Source: a virus | Direction: 5' to 3' (one strand) | DNA: 64,000 bases | IMG/VR virus record: IMGVR_UViG_3300017963_000262 | Location: 1 to 64,000 of that record | In this document: piece after piece, positions 48,128 to 57,504 of the stretch | How positions within the stretch are numbered: the first letter of the stretch is position 1 | How the letters are laid out: each line of letters begins with the position of its first letter | Position numbers and translations under genes: made by a program | Notes under the pieces: model-generated | Databases searched by the model: none | Seen by the model: only the letters and a program-made list of their open reading frames with translations | Told to the model about the DNA's origin: nothing

Positions 48128-48641
48128 AAAAATTTGGGATATTAGAATATTTTTTCGATCTAACTATGAAAGATTGTGTCGTATGTTGTATTGGGCATGG
48201 CACATGCGAGATAGTTATGACTTTGATGCACAAACTCTCTATGAAATGACATATAGAAAACTAGATCGAGTTTATTACGTTATGAAAAATCATAGCCACC
48301 TTATGTGGAACAGCAATGAAAATAATAGATTGATGAGAGAATTGCGAGAAGCTAGAGAATTAGCTCGTCGCATGTGGCAAGACGAATATGGTATGAAAGC
48401 TTTTTATGAAATAGAAAAAAGATTCGGTAAATTAAAAACATGGAGCGAACCAGCAGAGTATTCTAGTAAATTTGGTCAACTATATCGTTATAGAAGTTTC
48501 TGGGGAGGAACGCCCGAGATAGATGAACAGGCTAGACCAGTCTATCGAAGAAGAATCGAACATTGGGAAAAAGTTAAAAGATTGCACAGAAAACGCTTAT
48601 TTTATTTATTAGAAAAAAATACAGAAAGTTGGTGGGATTAA
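48108..48641 (+). CDS. hypothetical protein
   Basis: 177 aa, W/R-rich. Confidence 0.4.
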   Translation: MKSLILEKIWDIRIFFRSNYERLCRMLYWAWHMRDSYDFDAQTLYEMTYRKLDRVYYVMKNHSHLMWNSNENNRLMRELREARELARRMWQDEYGMKAFYEIEKRFGKLKTWSEPAEYSSKFGQLYRYRSFWGGTPEIDEQARPVYRRRIEHWEKVKRLHRKRLFYLLEKNTESWWD

Positions 48642-48642
48642 A

Positions 48643-49224
48643 ATGGTTGCAGTAATTGATGATTTATTGGATGACTTTGATTATTATTACAATCAGGTTA
48701 AAAAAGCGAATTTTAAAAGTGTTGTGAGTCAGGGCCAAAAATATAGTGACATGAGTCAAGAAGTTTTACCAGTTTTAATCTATGATAAATTACAAAAAGA
48801 ACTAGGGATAAAAACCGCAAACGTTGAAGCTTTTCTTAGAGCATATATAGATCGTCCAGAATATAGGCACCCAATGTGGATTCATTCAGACGCTTTATTT
48901 TCTGAATATATAGGAATATTCATGGTTCAGTCTACTGAGTTTCCGCAGGATGATGGTGTTTGTGTCTGGTTCAACAAAGAATTAGGAACTTACAAACTAG
49001 ATATAGACAATCCCGATACTGAGGCTGGTAAAATTATAGACGGTCAAACAATGGACCCTGAAAAATGGACAATAGTTCGTAGATTTGAATTTAAACCTAA
49101 CAGATTGGTTATGTTTCCAGCATCATACTTTCATTCTAAAGCCACTGTTGGAAATAGAGGAAAAAATCTTGACGATTGTCGAATTGTTCATGTATTATTT
49201 TTTAATGAGGTGAAGAATGATTAA
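48643..49224 (+). CDS. 2OG-Fe(II) oxygenase-like protein
   Basis: 193 aa; HxD (WIHSDALF) then distal His/Arg (YFHSKATVGNRGK) spaced ~80 aa. Confidence 0.4.
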   Translation: MVAVIDDLLDDFDYYYNQVKKANFKSVVSQGQKYSDMSQEVLPVLIYDKLQKELGIKTANVEAFLRAYIDRPEYRHPMWIHSDALFSEYIGIFMVQSTEFPQDDGVCVWFNKELGTYKLDIDNPDTEAGKIIDGQTMDPEKWTIVRRFEFKPNRLVMFPASYFHSKATVGNRGKNLDDCRIVHVLFFNEVKND

Positions 49225-49361
49225 ATTTAGCATTGGTGTCAATCTTTTAGGCAGTTTTATTTGGTTCTTTAATTATATTACTTTAGGTTTGACATTGGCA
49301 GCGGCTATTGGTATTCTACAATTGTTAATTGCTGCATTTTTAATTGTAAATGAGGTAAATA

Positions 49362-49685
49362 GTGGCCGATATTAGTTTTGATGTTAAAAAAGCTATTGAC
49401 ATGTTTAAGGAACAGCATAATTTTACGTTTAGAGTCCCTAAAACCGGAATATATGAAGTTAGTGGTTCAGTTAGGATGGTTGATGGTAGTAAAAATCCCA
49501 TAGAAATTGGTTTACCTGAAGGGTACTCTATAAATGATTGTATTATTCCTTGGGATGAAGATTTTGACCAAGACGATAATCAATGTAAACATCATTGGCG
49601 AAACTATATTGGTTTTACTGAAAGTTTTAAATACTGCACAAAATGTGATGAAAGGCAAGAAATAGATGACACAGAGAACACCTGA
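49362..49685 (+). CDS. hypothetical Cys-rich protein
   Basis: 107 aa; CKHHW...CTKCDE. Confidence 0.35.
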   Translation: MADISFDVKKAIDMFKEQHNFTFRVPKTGIYEVSGSVRMVDGSKNPIEIGLPEGYSINDCIIPWDEDFDQDDNQCKHHWRNYIGFTESFKYCTKCDERQEIDDTENT

Positions 49686-49884
49686 AGAAATTTTTTTAGA
49701 ATTAGCAGATCGTTGCGCTGAACTAGATTGGTTGTTGGCAATGAACGAAACCGAAGATGGTTCGATCAAAGGAGTTATCGTTGGAACAGGAGAATATGTT
49801 TCTCAAACTTTAGAAGATTTGCCTGATGGCGAACAGTATTCAATTTATCAACATGGTCCTGAAGATCAGAAGGAGTTACACTAA
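49666..49884 (+). CDS. hypothetical protein
   Basis: 72 aa. Confidence 0.35.
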   Translation: MTQRTPEEIFLELADRCAELDWLLAMNETEDGSIKGVIVGTGEYVSQTLEDLPDGEQYSIYQHGPEDQKELH

Positions 49885-50078
49885 TGAGTTTTTTAACTTT
49901 TGTTTTATATTTCTTTGCTTCACATTTAATCTATACGATTGTGATGTCGGCAGTAATGGAAGTATATGCTGCGTATAAACGCAAACAGATGAAAAACCAA
50001 TTTCAAAAAATGCTTGAAAGTGGTCAAATAAAGATGGTACAATTAGACCAGTTAGGGGATGATGGACAATGGCATTAA
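49884..50078 (+). CDS. small membrane protein
   Basis: 64 aa; N-terminal TM. Confidence 0.35.
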   Translation: MSFLTFVLYFFASHLIYTIVMSAVMEVYAAYKRKQMKNQFQKMLESGQIKMVQLDQLGDDGQWH

Positions 50079-50347
50079 TAGATAGTTTAAAAAAAGAAAG
50101 AAAATCTTTGATGTTTGTTTTAATCGGCCTAAATAACCAAACGGTTTACATTAAAACTGAAAAATATGAAAGTTCAAAAGAAATGATTAATGATCTTGCA
50201 AATTATGGAGTCTTGCTTAGACGAATTAATAGTGGTGAAGTAAATGTTGAAGTAGCTTATGCTCCGGGATTCTTTATTTCTGCTCAGATCATTGGAGAAC
50301 AATCAGTATCAACAAACCATAATAAAATTTGGGAGATTGCAGAATGA
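50069..50347 (+). CDS. hypothetical protein
   Basis: 92 aa. Confidence 0.35.
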   Translation: MALIDSLKKERKSLMFVLIGLNNQTVYIKTEKYESSKEMINDLANYGVLLRRINSGEVNVEVAYAPGFFISAQIIGEQSVSTNHNKIWEIAE

Positions 50348-50514
50348 AAAGATATATTTACTTACTAATTGTTGAAGAAAAAAATGTTGTTGCTGCGTAT
50401 GATAGAATTGATCTAATTAATACATTAAAGCCGCATATTGAAAAAAAGTTAGATGTAAAATTAACAGTGGAAAAAGTCCGAGTAAACGTTGATTTGGCAC
50501 ATTTAGATGGATGA
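50329..50514 (+). CDS. hypothetical protein
   Basis: 61 aa. Confidence 0.3.
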   Translation: MGDCRMKRYIYLLIVEEKNVVAAYDRIDLINTLKPHIEKKLDVKLTVEKVRVNVDLAHLDG

Positions 50515-50845
50515 TTTAAAAAAACAAAGAACAAAAAGAGTTAATAAAATTTTAGAAAAGGTTTCTGAAGACTTTTCAGAAGCCTTGAATCGACACGACT
50601 TAGATAGGCTGTATGAAAGAAAAGAAGTCTTAAAAAGAAAAATTAACTCTGACACAACCGAGATGAATAAGGCAATTGCCCGACAACAATTAAAAGATGT
50701 TGAGCAATCAATTGATCTATTGTCGGAAAAAGTTGATATTTATAGAGATATTGACATTGATGTTGACGAAGAGGCAGCAAAGAAGTATATTGAAGATAAC
50801 CCTGATATTTTTCCTGATGGGTTAGGAGATTTTGATTATGAATAA
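50507..50845 (+). CDS. hypothetical acidic coiled-coil protein
   Basis: 112 aa. Confidence 0.35.
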   Translation: MDDLKKQRTKRVNKILEKVSEDFSEALNRHDLDRLYERKEVLKRKINSDTTEMNKAIARQQLKDVEQSIDLLSEKVDIYRDIDIDVDEEAAKKYIEDNPDIFPDGLGDFDYE

Positions 50846-51293
50846 TGATTTTAAAGCTACCATGATATTTTTATTAGGAATGATTATTAGCGGATGTGGA
50901 TCACTTCACAAAGCTGATGGTATATACAACCTAGATCCTGACTTCGGAGCATACACTAACGCATATCAGGAGTATAAAGAACGTTATTTGGGAACAAGAG
51001 ACGTTGAATATGCCATTGACGTTGAGTATGGACATTTAGAGGAACCAACAATAGGCCGATGTCGTCAACCTGACGTTCCTTTCTTAAAAAGAACAATAAC
51101 TGTTGATTATACATATTGGAATGATGCTGATGATGAATTAAAACTACGATTAATGTTTCACGAACTAGGTCATTGTGATTTAAACTGCGACCATCAAGAT
51201 GAAGAACAAGGAATAATGAACGAATCTATGGGACATTACTCACCAAGAATGAGTGATAAAGAAATTGAAGCCATGTTTTTGGAGTGCAAATAA
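50832..51293 (+). CDS. zinc-metallopeptidase-like lipoprotein
   Basis: 153 aa; lipobox LGMIISGC; HELGHCDLNCDH (HExxH-type). Confidence 0.45.
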   Translation: MIMNNDFKATMIFLLGMIISGCGSLHKADGIYNLDPDFGAYTNAYQEYKERYLGTRDVEYAIDVEYGHLEEPTIGRCRQPDVPFLKRTITVDYTYWNDADDELKLRLMFHELGHCDLNCDHQDEEQGIMNESMGHYSPRMSDKEIEAMFLECK

Positions 51294-52225
51294 TGTTTAA
51301 AAGATATAACTCAATTGAAAACCATTATCGTCAAAAGTATATTTTAAATTCACTATCACAACAACCTGAATTAGAAAACTGCAAATATTCTATTAGAGAA
51401 AAAGTAGATGGGGCAAACGTTCAATTCTTTTTTCAAAAAGGGAAAAAGATGGAGGTCGGAAAGCGTTCTTCCTTTCTAAAAGAAGAAGATTCTTTTTATG
51501 ATATTTGGTCGGTTGTTGCTAGAAATGATTCAATCCTACAACGTTTTCAAGATTTTGTTGATGCAGGGGATTTCAAGCTTAGGGTTTATGGTGAACTTTT
51601 TGGACCAGCTATACAAAATCGAGTAGACTATGGTCCTATAAAAAATATTTTATTTTTTGATATTGAACTTGATGGTCAGATGGTTTCTCAACAAAAATTT
51701 GAAGAGATTATGAAATTACTTAATCTTGAGGACGAAATGGTTCCCTTAGTTGGATACGCAGACAGTTTAACTGAGGCTTTAAATTTTAGTTGCGATTTTG
51801 ATAGTAAGGTAATTGCTAAAGAAAACAACCCTGCCGAAGGAATTGTCATCAAGCCTTATGAAAAAGAATATACAATGGGTAATGGATCTCGTTTTCTTTT
51901 AAAGAAAAAATCTGAAAAATTTAAAGAGAAAGAAAGTAAAGGGAAAGCACCAAAAGTAGAAGAAAATTTACCCCAAGAAGTCGTTTCATTAATGCTTGAA
52001 TTTCGGGGCTATGTTAATAAGAATAGAGTTCTTAGTGTTTTCTCTAAACATGGCGAAATTGAAAGTCCAAAAGAGATTGGCAAATATATACAATTAGTAA
52101 TGGATGACGCTAAAGAAGATTTTTTAAAAGACAATGAACTTCCTGAAGGATTAGAAAAAAAGGTTGAAAAGAAAATATTTAATGTTGGTGGACATATTGT
52201 AAATCTGTTGAAGGAGCATTTATGA
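51284..52225 (+). CDS. ATP-dependent polynucleotide ligase (RNA ligase-like)
   Basis: 313 aa; motif I KVDGANV (KxDG), motif IV EGIVIKP, motif V K-rich LLKKKSEKFK. Confidence 0.55.
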   Translation: MQIMFKRYNSIENHYRQKYILNSLSQQPELENCKYSIREKVDGANVQFFFQKGKKMEVGKRSSFLKEEDSFYDIWSVVARNDSILQRFQDFVDAGDFKLRVYGELFGPAIQNRVDYGPIKNILFFDIELDGQMVSQQKFEEIMKLLNLEDEMVPLVGYADSLTEALNFSCDFDSKVIAKENNPAEGIVIKPYEKEYTMGNGSRFLLKKKSEKFKEKESKGKAPKVEENLPQEVVSLMLEFRGYVNKNRVLSVFSKHGEIESPKEIGKYIQLVMDDAKEDFLKDNELPEGLEKKVEKKIFNVGGHIVNLLKEHL

Positions 52226-52635
52226 ACTTAAAAAGTCGATTGGATCATATTGCACATTTACTTGGATCAACTCGTCGTTATGGTAAAACTACATTAGCAG
52301 CTAGAGCTTGTAAAGAACTTGATGGAGTTTATCTTTGCGCTAATTATGCTCAAGCCAAATTAGTTAATCGAGAACATGGAGTCCATACTCAGTCAATTGA
52401 GAAGAATTTAAGTGGTTTTAGAGGCCCATTCTTTATTGACCACTTTGCTGTAGAAAATTTACTATGTCGAGCTGCACAAAAATTAGACAATAGTGACAAA
52501 AAAATTGACGAATTAAATACAACTGTTTCAAATAAAGATTATGAAATAGAATCTTTACAAAACCGCATTCTTGAGTTACTCTATGATAAAGAAAGATTAG
52601 AGCAAGAACTGCGGAGAATAAAAGATGGATTATGA
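52222..52635 (+). CDS. hypothetical protein
   Basis: 137 aa; C-terminal coiled coil. Confidence 0.35.
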   Translation: MNLKSRLDHIAHLLGSTRRYGKTTLAARACKELDGVYLCANYAQAKLVNREHGVHTQSIEKNLSGFRGPFFIDHFAVENLLCRAAQKLDNSDKKIDELNTTVSNKDYEIESLQNRILELLYDKERLEQELRRIKDGL

Positions 52636-53065
52636 AAAAGAATTAATTTTAATGGTAGGACCGATTGGTTCAGGCAAGACTACTTTTGCGAAATCTCTGG
52701 TGAACGATAGTGCTATTCGTATCTCTCAGGATGAAATGGGTAGAAAAGCCTACTTAAATCATTTTAAAGAAGCTCTCAAAGATGGCATCCCTAGAATAAT
52801 CATCGACAGAATGAATTTTGATCGTAAACAGCGAGAGCGTTTTATTAAACCAGCTAGAGAAGCTGGATATTGTGTAACAATTATGGAAATGGACTACAAT
52901 CCTCTAACTTGCTTAAAAAGAGTTATTGATCGTAAAAATCATCCCACTATTCAACAAGGGTCTGCACAGTTGGCTAAAGATATTATTCTTCGATTTATGA
53001 AAGACTACGAACATCCTGAAAACGATGAGTACGATAACTATAATCTTATTCCTTTGGAGGAATAA
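52625..53065 (+). CDS. P-loop polynucleotide-kinase-like protein
   Basis: 146 aa; Walker A GPIGSGKTT; IIIDRMNFDRKQRERF resembles the Pnk D..R / R-rich lid. Confidence 0.5.
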   Translation: MDYEKELILMVGPIGSGKTTFAKSLVNDSAIRISQDEMGRKAYLNHFKEALKDGIPRIIIDRMNFDRKQRERFIKPAREAGYCVTIMEMDYNPLTCLKRVIDRKNHPTIQQGSAQLAKDIILRFMKDYEHPENDEYDNYNLIPLEE

Positions 53066-53301
53066 TGGAAGAATACTTAAAGATTAGTGATGATATTAAA
53101 TATCAAAATGGAAAATTTTATTATAACAAAAAAGAATATCATTGGGGATCGGGGTATAAAGACCAAGATCGATGGTTATTAATTACCCCATTTACTAAAA
53201 TTGAATATGGATACTATGAAGAAGAGTGGACAGAAACTTTATGTATCGATGAAAACACTGGTGAAAAATTTTGGATTGAAAGGTTGGGAAACATTAAGTA
53301 A
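53065..53301 (+). CDS. hypothetical protein
   Basis: 78 aa. Confidence 0.35.
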   Translation: MEEYLKISDDIKYQNGKFYYNKKEYHWGSGYKDQDRWLLITPFTKIEYGYYEEEWTETLCIDENTGEKFWIERLGNIK

Positions 53302-53346
53302 GTATAAAACAGGTGTCGTTAGGCGTTTAGTTGATAAGGGTATTAA

Positions 53347-53922
53347 ATGGATTTAGTTGGTGGACAATTTAACTATTTAACCGTAAAAAGTTATAGTCAT
53401 TCTCGACGAGATAGATACTGGAATTGTTTGTGTGATTGTGGTAACCAGTGTTTAGCAACAACTAATCAATTAACGTCTGGTAATAAAAAAAGCTGCGGCT
53501 GTTTAAGAAAAAAGACGACAGCCCAATTATTTAAAAAAAGAAAACCATCAGATCCTGCAACAAAAAATGATAGTAGTATAAATAAACTTTATTATCGTTA
53601 TAAAAAAGACGCTAAAAAACGAAATTATCAGTTTAATTTGTCCAGAGATGAATTTAAACAATTAATTGTTGAAAATTGCTTTTATTGTGGAACCAAACCC
53701 AACTCAATATTAAATGAAAAAGATTTAAGGGGTCAAATTAAGTATAATGGAATAGATCGAATTAATAATGATAATGACTATAATTTAGACAATGTAGTTC
53801 CTTGTTGTAAAAGATGTAATGCAGCTAAATCAAATATGACTTTAAAAGAATTTTTAGATATTATTGACAATATTCAAAAAAATATGTTAAAATTAAGAAA
53901 CATACAAAGGATAGTAAATTAA
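53347..53922 (+). CDS. HNH homing-endonuclease-like protein
   Basis: 191 aa; Cys clusters (CLCDCGNQC, CGC) and C-terminal CCKRCNAAK HNH/zinc motif. Confidence 0.5.
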   Translation: MDLVGGQFNYLTVKSYSHSRRDRYWNCLCDCGNQCLATTNQLTSGNKKSCGCLRKKTTAQLFKKRKPSDPATKNDSSINKLYYRYKKDAKKRNYQFNLSRDEFKQLIVENCFYCGTKPNSILNEKDLRGQIKYNGIDRINNDNDYNLDNVVPCCKRCNAAKSNMTLKEFLDIIDNIQKNMLKLRNIQRIVN

Positions 53923-55649
53923 TGGCTAGACTTTTTACCAGTGACACCCACTTTCGTCATCGTAATGTTATTAAATACTGTAATCGTCCTTGGGATAATA
54001 CTGCAGAGATGGATGAGGCTATAATTGAGCAATGGAACTCTCAGGTTGGACCAGATGATGAAGTATATCATCTTGGTGACGTTGGTATTGGTAAAGGAAT
54101 GGCCTTAAAAGAAGATCTTATCAAGCGTTTAAATGGTAAAAAGCATTTAGTTCTAGGAAATCACGATGCAATGTTTAATACGTTACATAAAAATCCTGAT
54201 TGCGTAGAAACTCATGCTAAAGTTGCGAATAAATACTTGAAGGCAGGATGGTGTAGTGTCGATATTATCAAATATTTGATGTTAAAAGACGGTACTCACG
54301 TTGTAATGACGCATCTACCTCCTGATAATGGGATTGATAATCGTTATTCGCAATATAAAGTGAAAAATAATCCTAATTTTAACTATCTTCATGGTCATTT
54401 ACACGCTCATTATCTTAAAAAGAACAACATGCATGATATGGCATTTGATGGCAATCTTCGTTTATACACTGAGGATGAAGTTATTGCTATAATTAAAGAT
54501 GAAAGAGACTTTATTCCTAGCAGAATTACTGAATATTACAATAAAACTGAAGCAATTATGTTAAAACCGTTTGAAGAAGAGCGAAAAAAGGGCAACATTC
54601 GTCGTCAAGATAATTTTAACGGTGATTTGTGCTTATATAACTATACCGATCAGTGTACTTTTGATAGAGCATGGAATGATGTCACTAGAAATTCTAGAGG
54701 AATCGTTTTTGAAGTTGCTACAGGTAAGATTATTGCTTTACCTTTTCCTAAATTCTTTAATCTAGGAGAAATGCCGGAAACCAGATTAGAAAATCTCCCA
54801 GACGAGGAGTACGTTGTCACTGAAAAAATGGATGGATCTTTGGGCATTCTCTATTATTATAAAGATAAGTGGCGCATGAATACCAGAGGCTCGTTTGATA
54901 GTGAACAAGCAATTAAAGGACTTGAAATTTTCAACAAGCAATATGATTCTCATTTCTTTAACCAAGATTATACATATTTAGTAGAGATAATATATCCTGA
55001 AAACAAAATTGTTGTAGATTATGGAAAAGAAGAAAAGCTGGTACTTTTAGCGATTGTGGATACTAATAATCAAAAAGAGGTGGTTGTTCCTGATATGGCT
55101 TGGCTTCCTGAAGTTACCGCTGGCGGTATGCCTTATCGAAATGAATATAAATATACTATTGACGAAATGATTGAGTTACAGCAAACTTTACCAAAAGATG
55201 ATGAAGGCTTTGTTGTTCGTTTCAATAATGGATTACGAGTAAAAATAAAAGGAAAAGAGTATCTTCGAGTTCATAAACTAATTTCTCACATGACACCATT
55301 AGCATTTTGGGAATCTATGGAAGGTGGTAAAGTTAAAATAGATTACTTACAAGAACTTCCTGAAGAGTACAGAAAAGATGCTGAAGAACTTAGTGAAATT
55401 TTACAAGTGTCTTATAGAACTGTTGAAGTCTATGCTCTAGATTCAGTTGATCGAGTTATTAGGCAAGTTGGATTTGGCGATATTAATACTCAAGAATACA
55501 GAAAGAAGATTGGGCTTTATTTAAAAAATAATAAGGTTCCTCATCAAGGATTTATTTTTCCATATCTTTATGGTAAAAAAGAATCTTGTGAAAGATATAT
55601 TATGAACCAAATTAGACCAAAAGGAAATGTTATAGATGCCATACGTTGA
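53922..55649 (+). CDS. metallophosphoesterase-polynucleotide ligase fusion (RNA end-healing and sealing enzyme)
   Basis: 575 aa; N-terminal calcineurin-like motifs SDTHF, GDVG, LGNHD; C-terminal ligase motifs I KMDGSL, IV EGFVVRF, V KIKGKEY. Confidence 0.6.
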   Translation: MARLFTSDTHFRHRNVIKYCNRPWDNTAEMDEAIIEQWNSQVGPDDEVYHLGDVGIGKGMALKEDLIKRLNGKKHLVLGNHDAMFNTLHKNPDCVETHAKVANKYLKAGWCSVDIIKYLMLKDGTHVVMTHLPPDNGIDNRYSQYKVKNNPNFNYLHGHLHAHYLKKNNMHDMAFDGNLRLYTEDEVIAIIKDERDFIPSRITEYYNKTEAIMLKPFEEERKKGNIRRQDNFNGDLCLYNYTDQCTFDRAWNDVTRNSRGIVFEVATGKIIALPFPKFFNLGEMPETRLENLPDEEYVVTEKMDGSLGILYYYKDKWRMNTRGSFDSEQAIKGLEIFNKQYDSHFFNQDYTYLVEIIYPENKIVVDYGKEEKLVLLAIVDTNNQKEVVVPDMAWLPEVTAGGMPYRNEYKYTIDEMIELQQTLPKDDEGFVVRFNNGLRVKIKGKEYLRVHKLISHMTPLAFWESMEGGKVKIDYLQELPEEYRKDAEELSEILQVSYRTVEVYALDSVDRVIRQVGFGDINTQEYRKKIGLYLKNNKVPHQGFIFPYLYGKKESCERYIMNQIRPKGNVIDAIR

Positions 55650-55911
55650 CGATAATAAAAGAAAAGATATTTTTCTTAGTAAAGAAGATGGTAATGCGTT
55701 TGATGCAATTGTTCTTGAATCAATTGATTGTGCTGGAGATTTACAATATGCAATGGCGATTATGTTTAAAGAATATATTGAAAGAAACGGCTTGAATTAT
55801 CAACATTGCAATGATATAATGGGAGCATTAGCTGGGGCACAAATAGAATTTTATAGACGTACAGTAGCTCCTTATGAGGATCAGAAGATTGAAGAAAACG
55901 GTGATATTTGA
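55636..55911 (+). CDS. hypothetical protein
   Basis: 91 aa. Confidence 0.35.
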   Translation: MPYVDDNKRKDIFLSKEDGNAFDAIVLESIDCAGDLQYAMAIMFKEYIERNGLNYQHCNDIMGALAGAQIEFYRRTVAPYEDQKIEENGDI

Positions 55912-56036
55912 ATGTGACGAATTACCTGATGAGATAGAGGTTGTTTTTCATAAAAGCAGATTAAAATCTCTCCAAGGTGGAGTTTATACTCAGTATGTAA
56001 AACATGTTGTTTTTACCAAAGAAAGGGAATATGTAA

Positions 56037-56183
56037 ATGAGCACAAGCAGAGCAAAACAAATTGCACAAAAAAGAAAGACAAAAACTAAAAAATCAGGAA
56101 ATGGTGCCAAGACTAATTACGCAAAACGTAAACGAATGAAAAAAGGTTCAACGAAGCACTTTACTGGTGGGAAAAAACGATAA
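56037..56183 (+). CDS. small highly basic protein (candidate, below ORF-track cutoff)
   Basis: 48 aa MSTSRAKQIAQKRKTKTKK...; alternative to overlapping ORF 55874-56089. Confidence 0.25.
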   Translation: MSTSRAKQIAQKRKTKTKKSGNGAKTNYAKRKRMKKGSTKHFTGGKKR

Positions 56184-56216
56184 TGGAAGACTTTCCTTGT
56201 CCTGAGTGGGAAGATT

Positions 56217-56471
56217 ATGAAGAAATTAATAACTAAAGAAAGACTGTGTACTTTAGCAACAATAGCTTACCACTGTTTGTTTTTAAGTGGTGCCAGTTTT
56301 TATGTTGCTGAATTTCAAAAAACCAGAGATACTATCGTTAAACAAGTTGATCGCGTTGAGAAAAAAGCTGATGAATTAAAGAAAACTGGAGAAAGTATAA
56401 ATAGCTCAATTAAATCTGTTGAATCAAAGTTAGATAAAGTTAAACGAACCTGTGAAAAGTTGAGATTTTAA
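56217..56471 (+). CDS. hypothetical membrane/coiled-coil protein
   Basis: 84 aa. Confidence 0.35.
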   Translation: MKKLITKERLCTLATIAYHCLFLSGASFYVAEFQKTRDTIVKQVDRVEKKADELKKTGESINSSIKSVESKLDKVKRTCEKLRF

Positions 56472-56686
56472 TGTTAGATAAAAAGCGCATTATGGAAGTT
56501 ATGGTGGCTTATGGAAAGCAAGTCGGCTACCCTGATAAGATTGGACCAAAACAATTTATACAGGGACATCTAAATAACTGTTTCAAAGTCTTGATGATGA
56601 AGAAACTTGTAAAACCAGAGCACTATAACTCATATCGCGCAGCGGCAATTGAAGAATATAAAAAATGGTGGATGAATAACCGATGA
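56471..56686 (+). CDS. hypothetical protein
   Basis: 71 aa. Confidence 0.35.
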   Translation: MLDKKRIMEVMVAYGKQVGYPDKIGPKQFIQGHLNNCFKVLMMKKLVKPEHYNSYRAAAIEEYKKWWMNNR

Positions 56687-56979
56687 AGCAGGGCGACAAA
56701 GTACATCTCAAAGGTCGAGAAGAGGTTACTGGAGTTATTGAAAAAACTAAATTTGACCACATGTGGGGAATTAATTACACACAACACTATGTTAAATACG
56801 ATAAAGATGACTTAATTCCTCCAGCCGATTGGCACGAAGAAGATGATTTGGTATTAATTGAACCTTTACCTAAAGGTAATAATACTTATAAACATCCTGT
56901 TTGTGAATGTGGAGTAAGTAAAGTAATGCATAATGGTAGGCATAGTGATTATTGTCCGTTATATAAGGAGTATAAATAA
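56683..56979 (+). CDS. hypothetical Cys/His protein
   Basis: 98 aa; CECG...HNGRHSDYC. Confidence 0.35.
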   Translation: MKQGDKVHLKGREEVTGVIEKTKFDHMWGINYTQHYVKYDKDDLIPPADWHEEDDLVLIEPLPKGNNTYKHPVCECGVSKVMHNGRHSDYCPLYKEYK

Positions 56980-57230
56980 TGGGTGAATTAAAATTATATG
57001 AAGAGCCAGCCGGAACCAACGAAGTTATAATTGATGAGCCTGAGTTTGGTGATGGTGACGATGGTGGAGAAGGCGAAGGATTGGATGCAATTAACATTCA
57101 ATTTGTAACTAATGGTGTCATTGTAACATTCTCTCTACTTGAAGGTGAAGAGCACAAAGAAGTTTATTATACACTAGATGAAGCTTTACAAAGAATCAGT
57201 CAAAGCGTAGGAGCATATTGTGAAGAGTAG
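56979..57230 (+). CDS. small acidic protein
   Basis: 83 aa; GDGDDGGEGEG. Confidence 0.35.
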   Translation: MGELKLYEEPAGTNEVIIDEPEFGDGDDGGEGEGLDAINIQFVTNGVIVTFSLLEGEEHKEVYYTLDEALQRISQSVGAYCEE

Positions 57231-57504
57231 AAAATTGTATCCTAAAAATATAACAAAGTCTTTTCGTAAGTTTTCTGGAGAATTATCTATTCAAGTTGAT
57301 GGTAAAAGATGGATTGATGTTAAACCTTCAGAAAAAGCTGGTCCACAAGTTATTGATGAATTTATTAAAGCGAGAAATACTGATAGACTGGAGTACGTTG
57401 AGATTAATGAAAATCAAGAAATTGTTGATTTAAAAATTGATAAATACAAAAATGCAGATAAATCTGTGGTTGATAAAGTTAGAAAGATATATAGACATGG
57501 CTAA
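57220..57504 (+). CDS. hypothetical protein
   Basis: 94 aa. Confidence 0.35.
   Translation: MKSRKLYPKNITKSFRKFSGELSIQVDGKRWIDVKPSEKAGPQVIDEFIKARNTDRLEYVEINENQEIVDLKIDKYKNADKSVVDKVRKIYRHG

Noticed and set aside
55874-56089. 71-aa ORF overlapping 55636-55911
   Set aside because: Its start is buried in the upstream gene with no RBS. An alternative 48-aa basic ORF (56037-56183) with a purine-rich RBS fits the space better, though both are uncertain.
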